A stretch of 59,100 nucleotides of DNA, the filler included, from Bipalium vagum (lineage: Eukaryota): assembly GCA_037834085.1 (NCBI GenBank). It is 3 parts of 3 records of this genome, joined end to end, with 100 filler letters (N's around TTAATTAATTAA, not from the genome) between each part and the next. Parts side by side here need not be neighbours in the genome. Positions count along the whole stretch, not along the records: positions 1 to 19,856 come from JBBMKC010266184.1; 2 more parts are not named here. The stretch is one strand, 5' to 3'. Below are positions 1 through 13,139 of the stretch, in pieces (position 1 is the first letter of the stretch; each line of letters begins with the position of its first letter). Position numbers and translations under genes: made by a program. The notes beneath the pieces are model-generated. The model worked only from the letters and a program-made list of their open reading frames with translations. It did no database searches and was not told where the DNA came from.

Positions 1-68
<68 letters not shown>
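1..68. repeat. (TTA)n microsatellite
   Basis: Perfect TTA run from the window start. Confidence 0.98.
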
Positions 69-70
<2 letters not shown>

Positions 71-598
71 TACTATTTATAATAGTATTAATAATTTTTT
101 GTTTTTTTAAGATTCTATTAATAATTATAACAATGTGATTAACGAAATAATCGCATTTATTTTAGTTAAATAATGAAAGAGTTTTGTGAAAATGTTATAC
201 AGAGATTTTTTATCTAAGATTTCAAAGTTACCTCTTGGTATATTGTGAAAGTAAATATTATAGTTGTAAATATGCCTTTCGACTTTTATTATCTGTAGTT
301 TATTTTTATAAATTTAAGATATATTATGAGTTACTTAACAAAACGCCTCACTCATATTACATTTCAAAATAAATTTCCATTATAGGGTTACAAATAGTTA
401 AGTCATTATCCTACAGGGTTGACTTTAGTTGAATTTTTCTCCGTAAGCCTACTTATGTAATGGATTAAAACTATATTGTTTTTCAATGGTTGATACTTGG
501 GTCTCTTCTTATTTGAAAGTTATATCGATGTCTGATTTATTTGAAAATAATGAAAATCATCGATTTTTTAAAATATTTTGAATGGGCAGTAATGCATT

Positions 599-1620
599 TA
601 TGGATTGGCAAAAAAGTGATTACGGATTTTACACAGACATTTAATTGTATTTTAAATAAAATGATCATTGTTTAAATAATATTAAAATGTAGTTAATTCG
701 AATTTAAGTCAGTATATTAATTTCTAAGACTACTTTGCTTGGTTTTTATTTTTCAGCTTTAGTATGGATGAACAGAAAACGCATTTCAATTCTTTTTAAT
801 TTTGCTATAATTGGAAAGGAAAAATGTATCAGAAGCTTGTAATATGTGAAATGTATGACAAGAATGTATTAAAAGAAAGCTAATTCAGAAGAGTTATTTT
901 TCACATAAAGATAAGCAACAATCTGTTAATCCATTAAATATTAATGATGACTAAATTCAAGACTTAATCAATGAGAATTGTCACAAAACAACGCTTGACA
1001 ATGCAAAGAAGCTAAACCTATCACATGCCATATCAAGCATATAGAGGACATGAAAAATTCTAATGAATTTCTTATCAACTTAAGGAAATTCACATTAGGC
1101 AACGCTTCGAAATTTGCGATTTGCTTACCAAACGCAGCAACATAATCCAGTTTTGAAACTACTAATAATAGGGATGAAAAATTGATCTGCTCCAATAATG
1201 CAAAAAAATCATGGTGCAAGTCAGAGGAAGCAGTCCAAACGTTGTCCAAATCTGCTAATTTATCAAACAGTAGGTTTTTGCTATGCTGTTATTGGGATTA
1301 TCAAGAAATCATATAATATGAAAATTTGTTTAGCAGGCAAAGGATTAATTGTGGTATTTGTATTGATCAATTGAGAAAATTGAACACGGGAATCTAAAAC
1401 TCTAAAAATTGGTAAACCATAAAGGCATTTTTGTTCATCATTGAAATGCAAAATCAATTACTTTTTAGGCCACTAGGAATATGTATTGAACCTTAGTTGG
1501 GACGTATTTTTTTACCACATAGCTCACACCTTGGCTCTCCAGTCATCATTATCTTAAGGAAATTCAGATTACAAAATATTTATGTTTTATAACTTTATCA
1601 AATGAATAATTATTGCCAAA
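599..1620 (+). mobile_element. Decayed mariner (DD34D) element
   Basis: TIR-like start tggattggcaaaaaagtgattacggatttt; ATG at 764 (MDEQKTHF); degenerate CYWDYQEII*YE, HH*NAKS (HDNARPH) and WDVF..(HPPYSPDL) motifs; many stops and frameshifts. Confidence 0.75.
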
Positions 1621-1683
1621 AAAATGAATTTAAAGATTGATATGAAAAAGTCAAGAATAACATATACACTTAAAAAAATATAT

Positions 1684-2250
1684 ATTGGGTATTTCGGAAT
1701 GTTTCCAAATATTTATTCCATAGATGAAGCCACAAGGTATTGTATCATTAATAAATTCATAAATTAATCAATAAATCTAGATAGTCTTTGTTTTAAAATC
1801 ATTAAAAAATATATTTAAAATAAAAGATAGATTTTGAAGTCATTTCTTCATCTGACTCTGACACTAGATATATGATAGTTTATGAAATTCATCGCGGTTC
1901 AAATGAAACCACCTGACGTATATGTACAGTATATCTAAATGCTGTATCTGAAATAACAGTTCGCGAGTGATTTATTTGACCCAGAGGAAGTAACTCAGAA
2001 ACTGTTTCAATATATTCTTTTGTATAGAATTACCATTTAGTCTGCTTTACTTACCAGACAGAATTTGTATCAATTCTTGAATCGTGTGATGACTGGAGAT
2101 GAGATGAATTCTTTATGTCAATCAGGACAGCAGAAGTCAATGGATAAGTAAATACCAAGTTCCGTTAACAACATCTAAACCAGGTTAACGTAATTTACAA
2201 ATAATGAAGTTTTATTCCTCATTTATTAAATTTTTTGGAACTTCGGAATT
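1684..2250 (+). mobile_element. Internally deleted mariner relic
   Basis: TIR-like tattgggtatttcggaa; fragment LNRVMTGDE matches the mariner first-Asp motif (IVTGDEKW) at ~2080-2105. Confidence 0.6.
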
Positions 2251-4320
2251 TTTTAAAGTTTAAACTACTCTAATTTTTCTTGACTTATTAATTTATAAAT
2301 TCAGATTTAAATGATATATAGAAATGGACCCCAAAAAAAAAATATTTTTTTATTATTATTACATATTCTTCAAACCTTGATTTATCAAATTGATTCCAAG
2401 ATGTTTTGATGCAAATTATTTTAAAAAATTGCCTCATTCGATAATTTCCATATAATCTTGAAATTCTAGCAGGTCTTCTCGGAGGATTTTTTTTCACTAT
2501 CATGTATATCTACTATAACTGGATTGATCATCCAGGAACCACCAAAAAGCCACATGCAGCTTATCAGCAATTCCAAATTGGGGATCACTGATATACAGTT
2601 TTTCTGTGACAATGTATGTCCTTTAGAGATTTAGGGAAGCTCTTAAAATTCAATGAGAAAATCTTATAAGAATTTTTAATATTTCTTATTTTAAGAATTT
2701 AAGTCTTTTGTACTCTCTTTATATATTTATTATTATATTATATTATATTATAAAATTAAAATTTTATCTCCTTTTATGGAAAATTTGAAAAAATTATAAA
2801 AAATTAACACTTAGAAAGGTTGAAAAAATAAAAATTGTGAAGTTTTTAAAACCATTTCAGAAACTCTCAAAATTATAATTCATCACTCACTAATGAAATT
2901 TATATTATTTTTTTATTTTACTTAAATAAACAATCTTTATTTCGTCTTTTTTCACAATCACGTGTAAATAACATTTATTTTTTTTTACAAAAACATTTTT
3001 TTGAATATTTTTATTTTCCCCTAATTAGAATAATCAATAAACTATAGACAAAATCTATTTCAAAAAATCGAGGTAAATTAAAAACTTTAGAAAATTAATT
3101 AATAATTTCTCCAAAGTTATTAAAATATTTATCTCCTTAAAAATGTAAGCAGAATAATTATAAATTGAACTGGATTTTATATCTCTCACTGATCTCCCTG
3201 GGAAATCATATATTTACCTTTTACCTTAATGGAAACCCGAGTCTTTATGAAATACTGTGATTTCATAGAAACCATTCAACGTTTGTTTTGCTTTTTCAAA
3301 TGTTTCAATATTATTTTACTATTTTTCTAATGAAAGATTGTTTATCAATTATTAATTATTTTTCTACACATTCTTTCATAATAATACAGAGAAATGAAAT
3401 ATGTATTTTATTTCCAACAGAAATTAGGAAAAACAATTTACGAAAAACCCTTTTAGAAAATTTATATCCGTTTTGTTGGTTAATTAACTTCATTATAAAG
3501 AATTAATTTAATTTAATTATTATTTTTTTCACAAAAGATTTATTAATTAATTAATATATTGGATATAATAAATATATATATTGAGAGATGATATGAATTT
3601 ATTCACAAAACTATTTCCAATTAATCAATTTTGCGATATATGGATATATAATTTGTGAAATTGAAAAATGAAATGAAATATTTTTCTTGTTTGAAAAAAT
3701 GTACAAAATATTTCAAAATAAATTAGCTTAAGTTTCTCTTTCGCAAAATAAATATTCTTTATTTTCTCCAAAGAAAATATTGATAAAAATTTAGCTCGTT
3801 TCTTGAATATTGGAGAATGAAAATAATTATCTCCGAAATTCATCTTAATATTTCACCTTAGTGAAATACAAATTATCATGTTTATCAATGTTAAATGATA
3901 TTAAAAAAGTCTGGGTTTTGTTTTAATTTATTGATCTGGTTTTTGAATTGTTTTAATAATAATTCCTTATTAATTTTTGTTCCTAACTAATAATTATTTT
4001 ATAATATTAAATAGATTCAGGTAATTCTTTTATCTATGAAGAAATAAAGTTCCATTTCATTGTTAAAACAAGTTTGATATAAGTTATATTTGGTTTCAAA
4101 CTGTTTTCATGATAAGTACGATTAATTATGAGTAGTATTATTATTATTGTGAGGATTAAATTTAAATTTAAATTAAAAACTAAATTTTATAAAAGTCTAA
4201 AGCAATGAATTAAACATAATCGTAAATTAAAAGTTTAATAAATTTTAGAAATAATTTAATAATGATTTTTAAGATAAATAAATCATTAATCTCATAATTA
4301 AAATAAATTATTTATGAATA

Positions 4321-5483
4321 CAGGGTTATGCAGAAATATATATAAAAATATTCACAATATATAGAAAAGTATTCAGAAATATACAGAAAAAATATATTTC
4401 ATAACAAATACACGAGTGGAAATGTGCACTAAATAAATTCTTGTCTAGCCAAGATTTTTTCTATAAACCGCCTCATTTTGAGAAAATAACCCCTTAAATC
4501 TATACCGTTATGCATGAGTACTTTGGTAATCAATTCTCTTAAATCAATAATGATACTCATAAAGCATAATATGCCTAAAAAATTGATTTAATAAATAAAC
4601 AGATGACAAGACAATGAAACCTGTCATTTTAATAGCAACCATGCAGCTGATATTTTGTCATCTACTACCTTGCACCAATTTGAAGGCTTTAGTTTTCCTT
4701 GGCGAATGATCATAACTTCTGGTTTGGTGTAAGTTGACTCATGTTTCATCTAGGTAAACCAGCTTACAATTTTCAATGTACTCAATGTCCCTCCCATACA
4801 GCTTTCTGGTCTTAATGTTTTTACTATTATTTCTCTCTTCGGGAATTCTGACTAATCGCTTTGTGGTATAATTCATGTCACATAAAATTCTCGAGACAGT
4901 ACTTTGGCTGACTAAGATGCGATCCAATGATAACTCTTTGATTATTTCCTTTTGGATATAAGAGGAATCCTAGAAAATAGGTAAGACAAAAATAAATATA
5001 AATTTAAAATACTTTAATAACACCTGAGTTATTCAACTTTTCACATCATAATTGCGGTTTCTAGGTCTTCATTTTTGAGTTTTTGTTCGTCGGCCAATCC
5101 TTCAGATATTTTGTTGATCGCATTATATGTTGTTACTACAGTTGTACCAGAACTTTCTGAAATTACTTTTACCGGTATATTTTTGTCCATATCTCGGTGG
5201 ATCATTCTTAGGATATTTTTATTAATCAAGGTTCGCTTCTTTCGACACAAATTACCAACATAATTAATTTTATTGCACCTTCCGTTGTGTTTCTTGATTA
5301 CATCTTCCATCTTGTTTGATTTTTACAAATTCTGGTAAACTGCAAATTCAAACAGAAACAATCGAATATTTTTTCTATATATTTCTGAAAAATTTTCTTT
5401 AAATTTCGAATAGGATTGTATATATTTTTGCATGGAATTATATATATTTTGAATATTTGTATATATATTTCTGCATAAATCTG
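4321..5483 (-). mobile_element. IS630/Tc1-type DNA transposon with TIRs and TA target sites; transposase disrupted
   Basis: TA-CAGGGTTATGCAGAAATATAT ... ATATATTTCTGCATAAATCTG-TA; ORFs 5041-5310 and 4739-4927 give HTH (VSQSTVSRIL) and the first catalytic motif VYLDET. Confidence 0.88.
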
Positions 5484-5767
5484 TAATGATTAAATATATT
5501 TAATTTGTTTTAATATTAAATAAAGGAAAAGCACTTTTCAACTAATCAATTACTTTCATAAACTAAATATTTTGTTCTCTTATTATTTTTACAATGTTAT
5601 TATAATTATTTTTATTTTATAAAAATTCACTTTAAACTGAAAATTTTAGAAAATATAAAAACCTTTAGCCATTAAAATAATTATTTATTTTTACAGTAAA
5701 AATGCATCATGAATTTAAAATAAAAAAATAATTTTTATGAATTCTTAATATCTTACTTCCATTTTAG

Positions 5768-5899
5768 TGATATCAGAGATTAAATGCCGCTTTGATGCAG
5801 ACTGTTCGGAACATGCAAGTTTTAGCATTTGCCATCCTGGAGCAGGTTTCTGTACTTGTCCAGCTGGAACGGTATTTGTTTCCAAACTCAATTCCTGTA
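5768..5899 (+). CDS. Internal exon (phase 1-1) encoding a 6-Cys EB/EGF-like module
   Basis: ttttAG|TGATATCAGAG...TCCTGTA|GTAAG; 132 nt; ISEIKCRFDADCSEHASFSICHPGAGFCTCPAGTVFVSKLNSC. Confidence 0.85.
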
Positions 5900-6299
5900 G
5901 TAAGCTGAACTTTAATTTTACAAATTCTTTCTTTTTTCAATTTATCATGAAAATAAAACTTTTCATTACATATTACTCAGATGTACAATGCAAAAAATGT
6001 CAAATTATTTTTTTAACATATGATAACTTCAGACTTATTTATGTTTTGGTTAGGAAATATTTTTAAAATAAAAATAGAAGAATTATTTTGAATATTCATA
6101 ATACTAGGGATCCAATTTAATTGTAAGACCTTTATTTTACAAAACTTGTTTTATTTCAATAAATTCAATTTAAATTTCTTTGTTAAAATGTATGTTATAT
6201 TTGTTTGAATAATAACATTTATGTATGACAGTTAAATTTAGATAATAAATTTATATTTCTTATTGAAACCATAATGACAGAAAGTATTACAAATACTCA

Positions 6300-6480
6300 C
6301 GTCATGTATTGTTTGGTGTATAAATAAGATCAAGGCACCAAAGCTATAGATTTCACGAAGGATTCTGAAAATCTATTATCATGAAAGACTCTCTGTTATC
6401 CAATGCAAACATGGTTTAGAACATTTAAAGATTGTAACATTATTCTTCTAAAGATGAATTCTTATATCGGCTTCTGAAAG
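6300..6480 (+). mobile_element. Mariner N-terminal HTH fragment
   Basis: Degenerate ...LSVIQCK/WFRTFKD... HTH-like translation. Confidence 0.4.
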
Positions 6481-6499
6481 AAAATTCAAGAAATTAGAT

Positions 6500-6960
6500 T
6501 CTCTGATATTTTCGACGTATTGACTCACCTAATTTGTCTTCAATTTCCTTCAAGTTTACTCTAAATTCTTGTCTAAGTGTCTTATACCATTTAACCACCG
6601 TTGAGTTTGAAAATTTAAGTTCCTCCGCAATTGATTTTATTAATTTTTCATGAAATGAAATTAACAATTGATAAATATTTCAATACTGATTCTGGCATTA
6701 GCTAACATACTTTAATGCTTAATATTTGGTTAAGAATTAATTTAATTTACTTTTTCGTAATACTAATATTGGTTACTTTCTTACAAAAATTGCGTTTCCA
6801 CACCTATCCATCTCCTTTCATCTTAACCTTGATTTCTTTCATTTCAATATTACAAAATTCACAATTCATTGTGGCTACAAAAAAATGTACAATCTCTTAG
6901 TGTTCAAATTTAATCTTCGCTACTTACAATAATTTTTGCGATTAACATACTCATTTTAAA
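6500..6960 (-). mobile_element. Merlin (IS1016/ISXO2-like) transposase N-terminal relic
   Basis: CEFCNIEMKEIKVKMKGDG*VWKRNFCKK zinc-ribbon pattern, then IAEELKFSNSTVVKWYKTLRQE...KLG. Confidence 0.6.
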
Positions 6961-7639
6961 TTAAATTACAACAACACCAATTACTTACAATAAACAAAAG
7001 TAAGTTTAATTTCACAAAGTAATTTAATTCAAATCCTAACTCCAAAGAGTATTTAATGAAGAGATAAAGTCCGAGGAATTTATAAAAATTGAATTAATAA
7101 TTAAACTTCCAAATCTTTTTGATTACAGGGATTTGTGTAGAAGGCTTTCATGATAAATAATTTATATGAGATAAAATTTTGTATGTGTAAAGTGTATAAA
7201 AATCTCAGTTTTTAAAATATATTGATAATATTAATAAATAATGAAATAAAATGTAAAATGGGTACAATTAGAAATCTGTACTCATTTTATATTGAGCAAT
7301 TGAAAAGAAATTTTTTTGAAACAAAAAAAAAATTACATTTTTAATGAAGTCTAACCTACTTAAACGAGATATTATTGATCTGAAAAACCGATGAGACTTA
7401 GGGGACAAGTCTGACCAATATAAACAAAATTTTAATTTTTTGACAAAATAATGTTAAGTTATTTTTTACAAAAAAAAGATTTTTAATGCAAATCATTTCT
7501 TAAATAAAATTCTCGACAAAAAAAATGCAAATCATTCCACTCCAATATTTTGAGAATTCTCCTAAATTGATAATTCTGAAGTAAAAATAAAATATGTTCA
7601 AAAATAATAAATTATACTTAACACAAAAACGTTACTGGT

Positions 7640-8520
7640 TCCTTCGTTATTGGTTCAGTGGGTATTGGGGTGGTAAAAGACATTTTCACTAAAACAAGTT
7701 TATTTTAAAACATCTCACAACCAACATGTAGAATTGTCATGTCTCAATGTAATTGTCTTTTTCATTAATAGGTGATTTCCAGGATATAATCAAATGGTTT
7801 TTCAAAGAAATCTGGAACACCATTTCGAAAATGTTTTCATCTGCTGCTTAATTCTTTCTGATTCTTACATTTTTGTTCAGAATACTGATGTTTGTAGATA
7901 CCTGAACATCCAGAAATAGGGTAAAGGAACATGGTATTATATAATGAATATGGTATCAATGTGAAGACGTAGACATCGAATGATGTTGAAATAGCTGATT
8001 TTCTGTATTGATCTGATAACATGAAAATACGAGATTGTAATTAGTTCATTTTCCTCTTTAGTTCTGACTGTTTTTATCAGATTCGAATATAATTCTGCTT
8101 TCATCTGCAAAATTGAAAATTACTATTCTGTACCATCTCAAAATAGTGATAATATCATCGATGTTATATATGCGTTATACTCCATCTATTTTTCTATTTC
8201 AGGATTCACTGACTCCAGCAAGTTGAGAGACAGTGAATTCATTTTCACTAATAATTTGGGAAGAAATTTATCCCGATAATACTTGAAAGTCTCTTTATTC
8301 TTTTGGCGGAATATTAAACTATTTTCTATCATTTCATATGCCTCAAACTTTGATATAAATCTTCAATATAATTTTTGCACACAAGTTCTCAGAAAATGCA
8401 GCATAGAATGCTCAAATAATGATAAATGATATACTCTTTCATTTCTTAACCTCCAGTTCTTAGAATTTTTATTTAAATCCTTTTTTGTTATCATCAAGTA
8501 CCTAATAAAATTTTTATGTT
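7640..8520 (-). mobile_element. Possible Mutator-like (MULE) transposase relic
   Basis: LHIDTIFII*YHVPL resembles the MULE D-x-T-F/Y...Y.PL motif; otherwise heavily degraded. Confidence 0.3.
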
Positions 8521-8564
8521 GTACTCCTTCTACCTTAATTTTTAAAAGTACCGACGATTATTTA

Positions 8565-9305
8565 TTGGGTTGTCAAGGATGAAAATTGTAATTGATATTA
8601 TCCACTTTACTAGCTGATTATTTGCCATTGGCTTCATATTTTACCAGTCATGTTGATAATTTACCTATTTCTCTTGTTTTAAGTTATCTTTGTAAGTTGA
8701 AAAGTATTAATAAATTGTTTTAATTTATATTGCTATTTAAAACGGATATATCTGAAATGCGAATCATTATAAGGTATGAATTTTTACGCCGCAGAACAGC
8801 ATCACAGGTCACTCGAAACATTAATATTGTATTTTTATACTTTAACTATATGATAATATCAAATTGGTTGACAAAATTTCGTACAGATAACTTTGACCTC
8901 ACAAATGACTCACGTGGTCTCTTAGAATCATATGTCCGTAAATAAAAATTAAAGGCTAACTTAGATTAACTTAAATTAAAGGCTATCCAATCTCAGAATG
9001 TCTTAATCACACTCCATATTCACCAGACATCCACCACTGACTACCTTTTATCCACAATTTGTAAAACTTTTTATTACGAAAACAATTCATTTCGGATAAT
9101 AATGTTGAGCTGGTATTCTGAAAAGTCATTGATTCTCGTACGCAAGGTTTTTTATATGAGCAGTTTAAAAAACTACCACTGAAATGGCAACAGTGTATAG
9201 ACAACATGGATGCATACTTTGACGAATAAAATAATTCCTTATATATTTGTAATTTATCAATAAACTTTGTATTTTATTTAAAGATTTTCATATGTGACAA
9301 CCTGA
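8565..9305 (+). mobile_element. Internally deleted mariner with TIRs
   Basis: TA-ttgggttgtca ... tgtgacaacctga-TA; N-terminus RIIIRYEFLRRRTASQVTRNIN joined to C-terminus HTPYSPDI and LPLKWQQCIDNMDAYFDE*. Confidence 0.88.
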
Positions 9306-11189
9306 TAAAAATAACGTTATCAAATTAAAGTTTTAATTTTTTCTTGACAACTAAAAATAATGACCCATCATATTCGAAATTTCTGCATTATGTCGTCTTC
9401 TAATTGAACCAACTCCACATAATACAAGTTACAAGTTCAAGTATTTTGTTAAATTTTAGGTATAATATTATTTAAATGATGAAGTAACTTTATAGGAATT
9501 AGTTAGTAAAAGACGACCGTGATCATTAAAAAAAATTATTGTTTGTACTGGAAATAATTAAATATATTAATGATTATTGTTTAAATAATCAGAACAGGAC
9601 CGAAATTATTGTTTTTGAAATATATTTTGTATTATGGATTTTCTTCTCGATAATACTGAACAGATTAACAGTGTTGACACAAAAAATAAACTTGAATAAA
9701 CTTGTTGAAATATTTTTGATAATGGTTTTGTGTTTTAAGCATTTATTTACATATACACCATGATAAAATCTCATTAAGAAATATCACCTTTTTTCAAAAT
9801 CTTTCATCCATCATATATGGTCTCTTAATCGTCATAAAAATAATTTTTAGGTAAACATTTTTAAATTAACATCACATTTATCTGATATACAAGAAGAATG
9901 CAAATATAATAATAATCATAAATAATACTACTAATAAATAATAATACTAATAATAAATAGGAATAATAATAAAATAATAATAACTCAATAATTTTTGTTA
10001 ATAAATTTTGAACTCTTACATCACATTACAATATAAACGATCAAAATTAATGATTTAAAGATACCTTACTAAAATCAAAATTCCAAAGAAAATTATTGTT
10101 AGTATCCCAAAAATATTAGTAAAAATAATATAAATGTTTTGAAATAGATTTCTAAAATAGGAAAATTTCACAATATAATGAGTCTAGACAGAAAATATAT
10201 TTATATATTAAGTAATTAAATAACCTACTTTTGGCCAAGAATAAATTGAAATATTATTTCTTAAAATTGAAGTTCTTAGTATGAGAAAGGAAAATACTAT
10301 TTAATTCTCAGTTTTGTAAATATAATAATATTTTTAAATATAATATTATTATATAATTATGATTATATTATATAAATAGATTATATATAATTTTTTAGAT
10401 ATAACGGGTGTAACAAAAATTTAAAGAACAATAATAAAGCCCTAAATAACCATATCATATAAAATCATAAAAAATTTTGGTTTTCTTACCGAAATGACTA
10501 TAAAGTCTCTTTTTTGACCGATCTTAATTTTCTCATGTTAATATTAAAGAAATGAACATTAAATCAATAAGCAGTATGGTGATGGGTATTCAGTCATATC
10601 CAATTATGTTTTAAGGGAAGACAGTCTGTTATTACTATAATTATTACTGATTGTGTTTTCAAATTCAAAGTACCTCTAAATAAACGAGCCCATTAAAAAA
10701 AGCAATACTTTTGCACCGTCTTTTTTTCTTATTTCTTTTTGATCTTCACTTAGTTTCTTTCTTTCTTTTTCATCAATCTTGGGCAGCACAGAATATAATA
10801 CATACTCATCATTCACACATAAAAGGAAAACCAAGACTTATCGGAGTCTAGAATGGAGAACTCATAACTCCCTTAACACATCAGTCTCTAATTATTCCGA
10901 AAATATCATATGTACAAGATAAATCCCACTGCTATATCACTTTTCGACCTCAGGGATATTGCTGTGTAGATGAGCGAATGAATCAGGATACAATTCCTTG
11001 ATTTATTCATTGAGGATTACTTATTGAGCCTTTATTGTTCTTACGATTTTATAAAATACAGATAAATAAATAAAGGATAAAAATTAAGTTAATATTTTAC
11101 GTTCTGCGTCATAGCTGAAAAGCTAGAAGCGATGGTTCCTGGGCAGATCATAAAATTCAATTCCTGAAGACACGGGCGTTTCAAAATCT

Positions 11190-11587
11190 ATCGTTATTAA
11201 CTTCTATGCAGAAATAAGAAAGAAATGTAAGATTTTTTCTGAAAATTCAAAAAATTGGAGAACTCATGTTCTCAACTGTTTAAAGATGAAATTTATGTTC
11301 ATCGAACTGTCAACCACAAGATGAATTTTGTTGATAGGAAGACTGGTGCTTACACGGAAAGATTTGAATCGATTTGTGGGAAAAATGGTGATCTCTTGAA
11401 ATTATATCTAAATGAATGAATGTGGCGCTAAAATATTCAACCAAGAAACTGCAAATCAATTTTTTTAATAAATTTGTCAAAAGAAAATTATTTACTTTTG
11501 TTATTTTATGTGATTCTTTTCAAGTCTCTTTTTGACCGGTCAATTGTATCAAGTATGTTTTTTGACTGGTCAATCGTATCAAACATG
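11190..11587 (+). mobile_element. Merlin transposase C-terminal relic with downstream ~29-bp tandem repeat
   Basis: YVHRTVNHKMNFVDRKTGAYTERFES and LYLNE*MWR match Merlin/ISXO2 motifs; tttttgac(c/t)ggtcaat(t/c)gtatcaa occurs twice at 11525-11582. Confidence 0.78.
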
Positions 11588-12064
11588 ATCCAAAATTTTT
11601 ATTAAGAAATAAAAAACATAAAGTTAACATAACATTTATTATAATACATAAATGGGAGCAATGTCTTCTATTTTTCGTAAAATTGGTTTATTATTAGCCA
11701 CCATGCTTTAGAAAATGCTAACATTAAACTATATTATTTTACTTGCAATTCTTAACTGCAAAGATCTTGCTTTTTTGGCTTCTCGTCAATTTTTGTAAAA
11801 TTTTTTACTCAAAAAGACCCACGTTTCTATTGGTCGGGCCTGTGGAATATTTAGAGGACTGTCATTTTTGGTACGAAACTCACATTTTTTGATTTCAACC
11901 AATCGGTCACTGTTTTTGAGTAATGACGTCATGTTAGGTCAGACCAAAAGACAATGTCATCTTTATAATGATATACAGTTAATTTTGGATACACTTACTC
12001 CTATTAGTGTCGGAATTTAATGCTTTACCTTTTACTATTTCAAAAAAATGAGTTGAAATACCTT

Positions 12065-12600
12065 TGTCTGATATGGGACACTAAACTAAAACTTTTTGTG
12101 GAAATTTCGTTTAGGAGCAAAACACCATGGGACGGATTGCTGCTTATATTATTGGTGTAGAAACCACAATTTCTTTTAGTTATGCTGTTTCAAGATGTGA
12201 AATATTTCTGATCATCCATGATGATCACCTTGTCACTGGTGAAGTGCTTCAGTCGTATTGCTTGAAAACATCTTGGTATTTTTCAATTTTGGTATCAGAG
12301 TATTTGGGAATTTGTTGACGTTTTTGATAGTTTAGGCCTTCCTTCCTTATTAATCAACTAATCATCAATATTCTATACCTCTTGGCTAATGTGCGCGTAG
12401 ACAAGCCAATTCTGTTTTTGACAGTTTATGCCAAAATTCTCTGTTTTGATAAGTCAAAAGCGTAAGGTCTACCACTTATCTATCTTTCGACTGACATATT
12501 ATTTTCGCAATCATGAATTGCGCGATATATACTTACTGTTGAAATATTTCTTGTTCTTATATATCTCAGCAATTTTGTGTTTTAGCATGAATCCAACCAA
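12065..12600 (-). mobile_element. Tc1-superfamily (DD37E-like) relic
   Basis: KVIIMDDQKYFT...CGFYTNN...KFPQKVLV. Confidence 0.65.
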
Positions 12601-12902
12601 TTGATTTATAAATTTTCTTAATTCTAATTTTGAAGTCATTTCAAATAATGAGAGAAATGAAAAAACATCTACTTCAAGGTGTGATAATTTAATTGTTTGT
12701 AAATTCCAAATTGAGAATTCAAAAAATCTTTTTATAATAATAATAAAGTATATTTTGAAGTTATGTTCATTTGAATCTCAGTAGCACCATATGCTTATTT
12801 TTGTACTAATAAAATAAAATATATTATTTATACACTCATTTTCAATAAAAATGCACAATTAAAAAATTATCAAAACAAATAAAATTACCAGATATATTTG
12901 AT

Positions 12903-12906
12903 CAAA

Positions 12907-12937
<31 letters not shown>

Positions 12938-12938
12938 A
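12903..12938. repeat. (TAAA)n microsatellite
   Basis: Tetranucleotide run. Confidence 0.9.
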
Positions 12939-13139
12939 TTTAAATAGAGAATATGTAGAGTTATCAAAAGTTACTAATGTCACCGCATTTTCAAGACAAT
13001 CTTGAATTATTTTTGAATATTTATTCCTCTTGAGATAAGTCATTCTAAATTTGTTGAAACTGATTTTCTCATTCATCCAATGTTTTAGGATACCAAGAGA
13101 AGATCATTGCTAGTTATCTATAATATGAAACACCTGTTA

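Noticed and set aside
968-1249. Minus-strand ORF (likewise 17683-17961, 34973-35335, 52952-53266, 55158-55752)
   Set aside because: Antisense shadows of transposase or integrase relics
3229-3280. METRVFMKYCDFIETIQ with GTTTGT donor as first exon of the EB/EGF gene
   Set aside because: Phase fits, but there is no signal peptide and no other support
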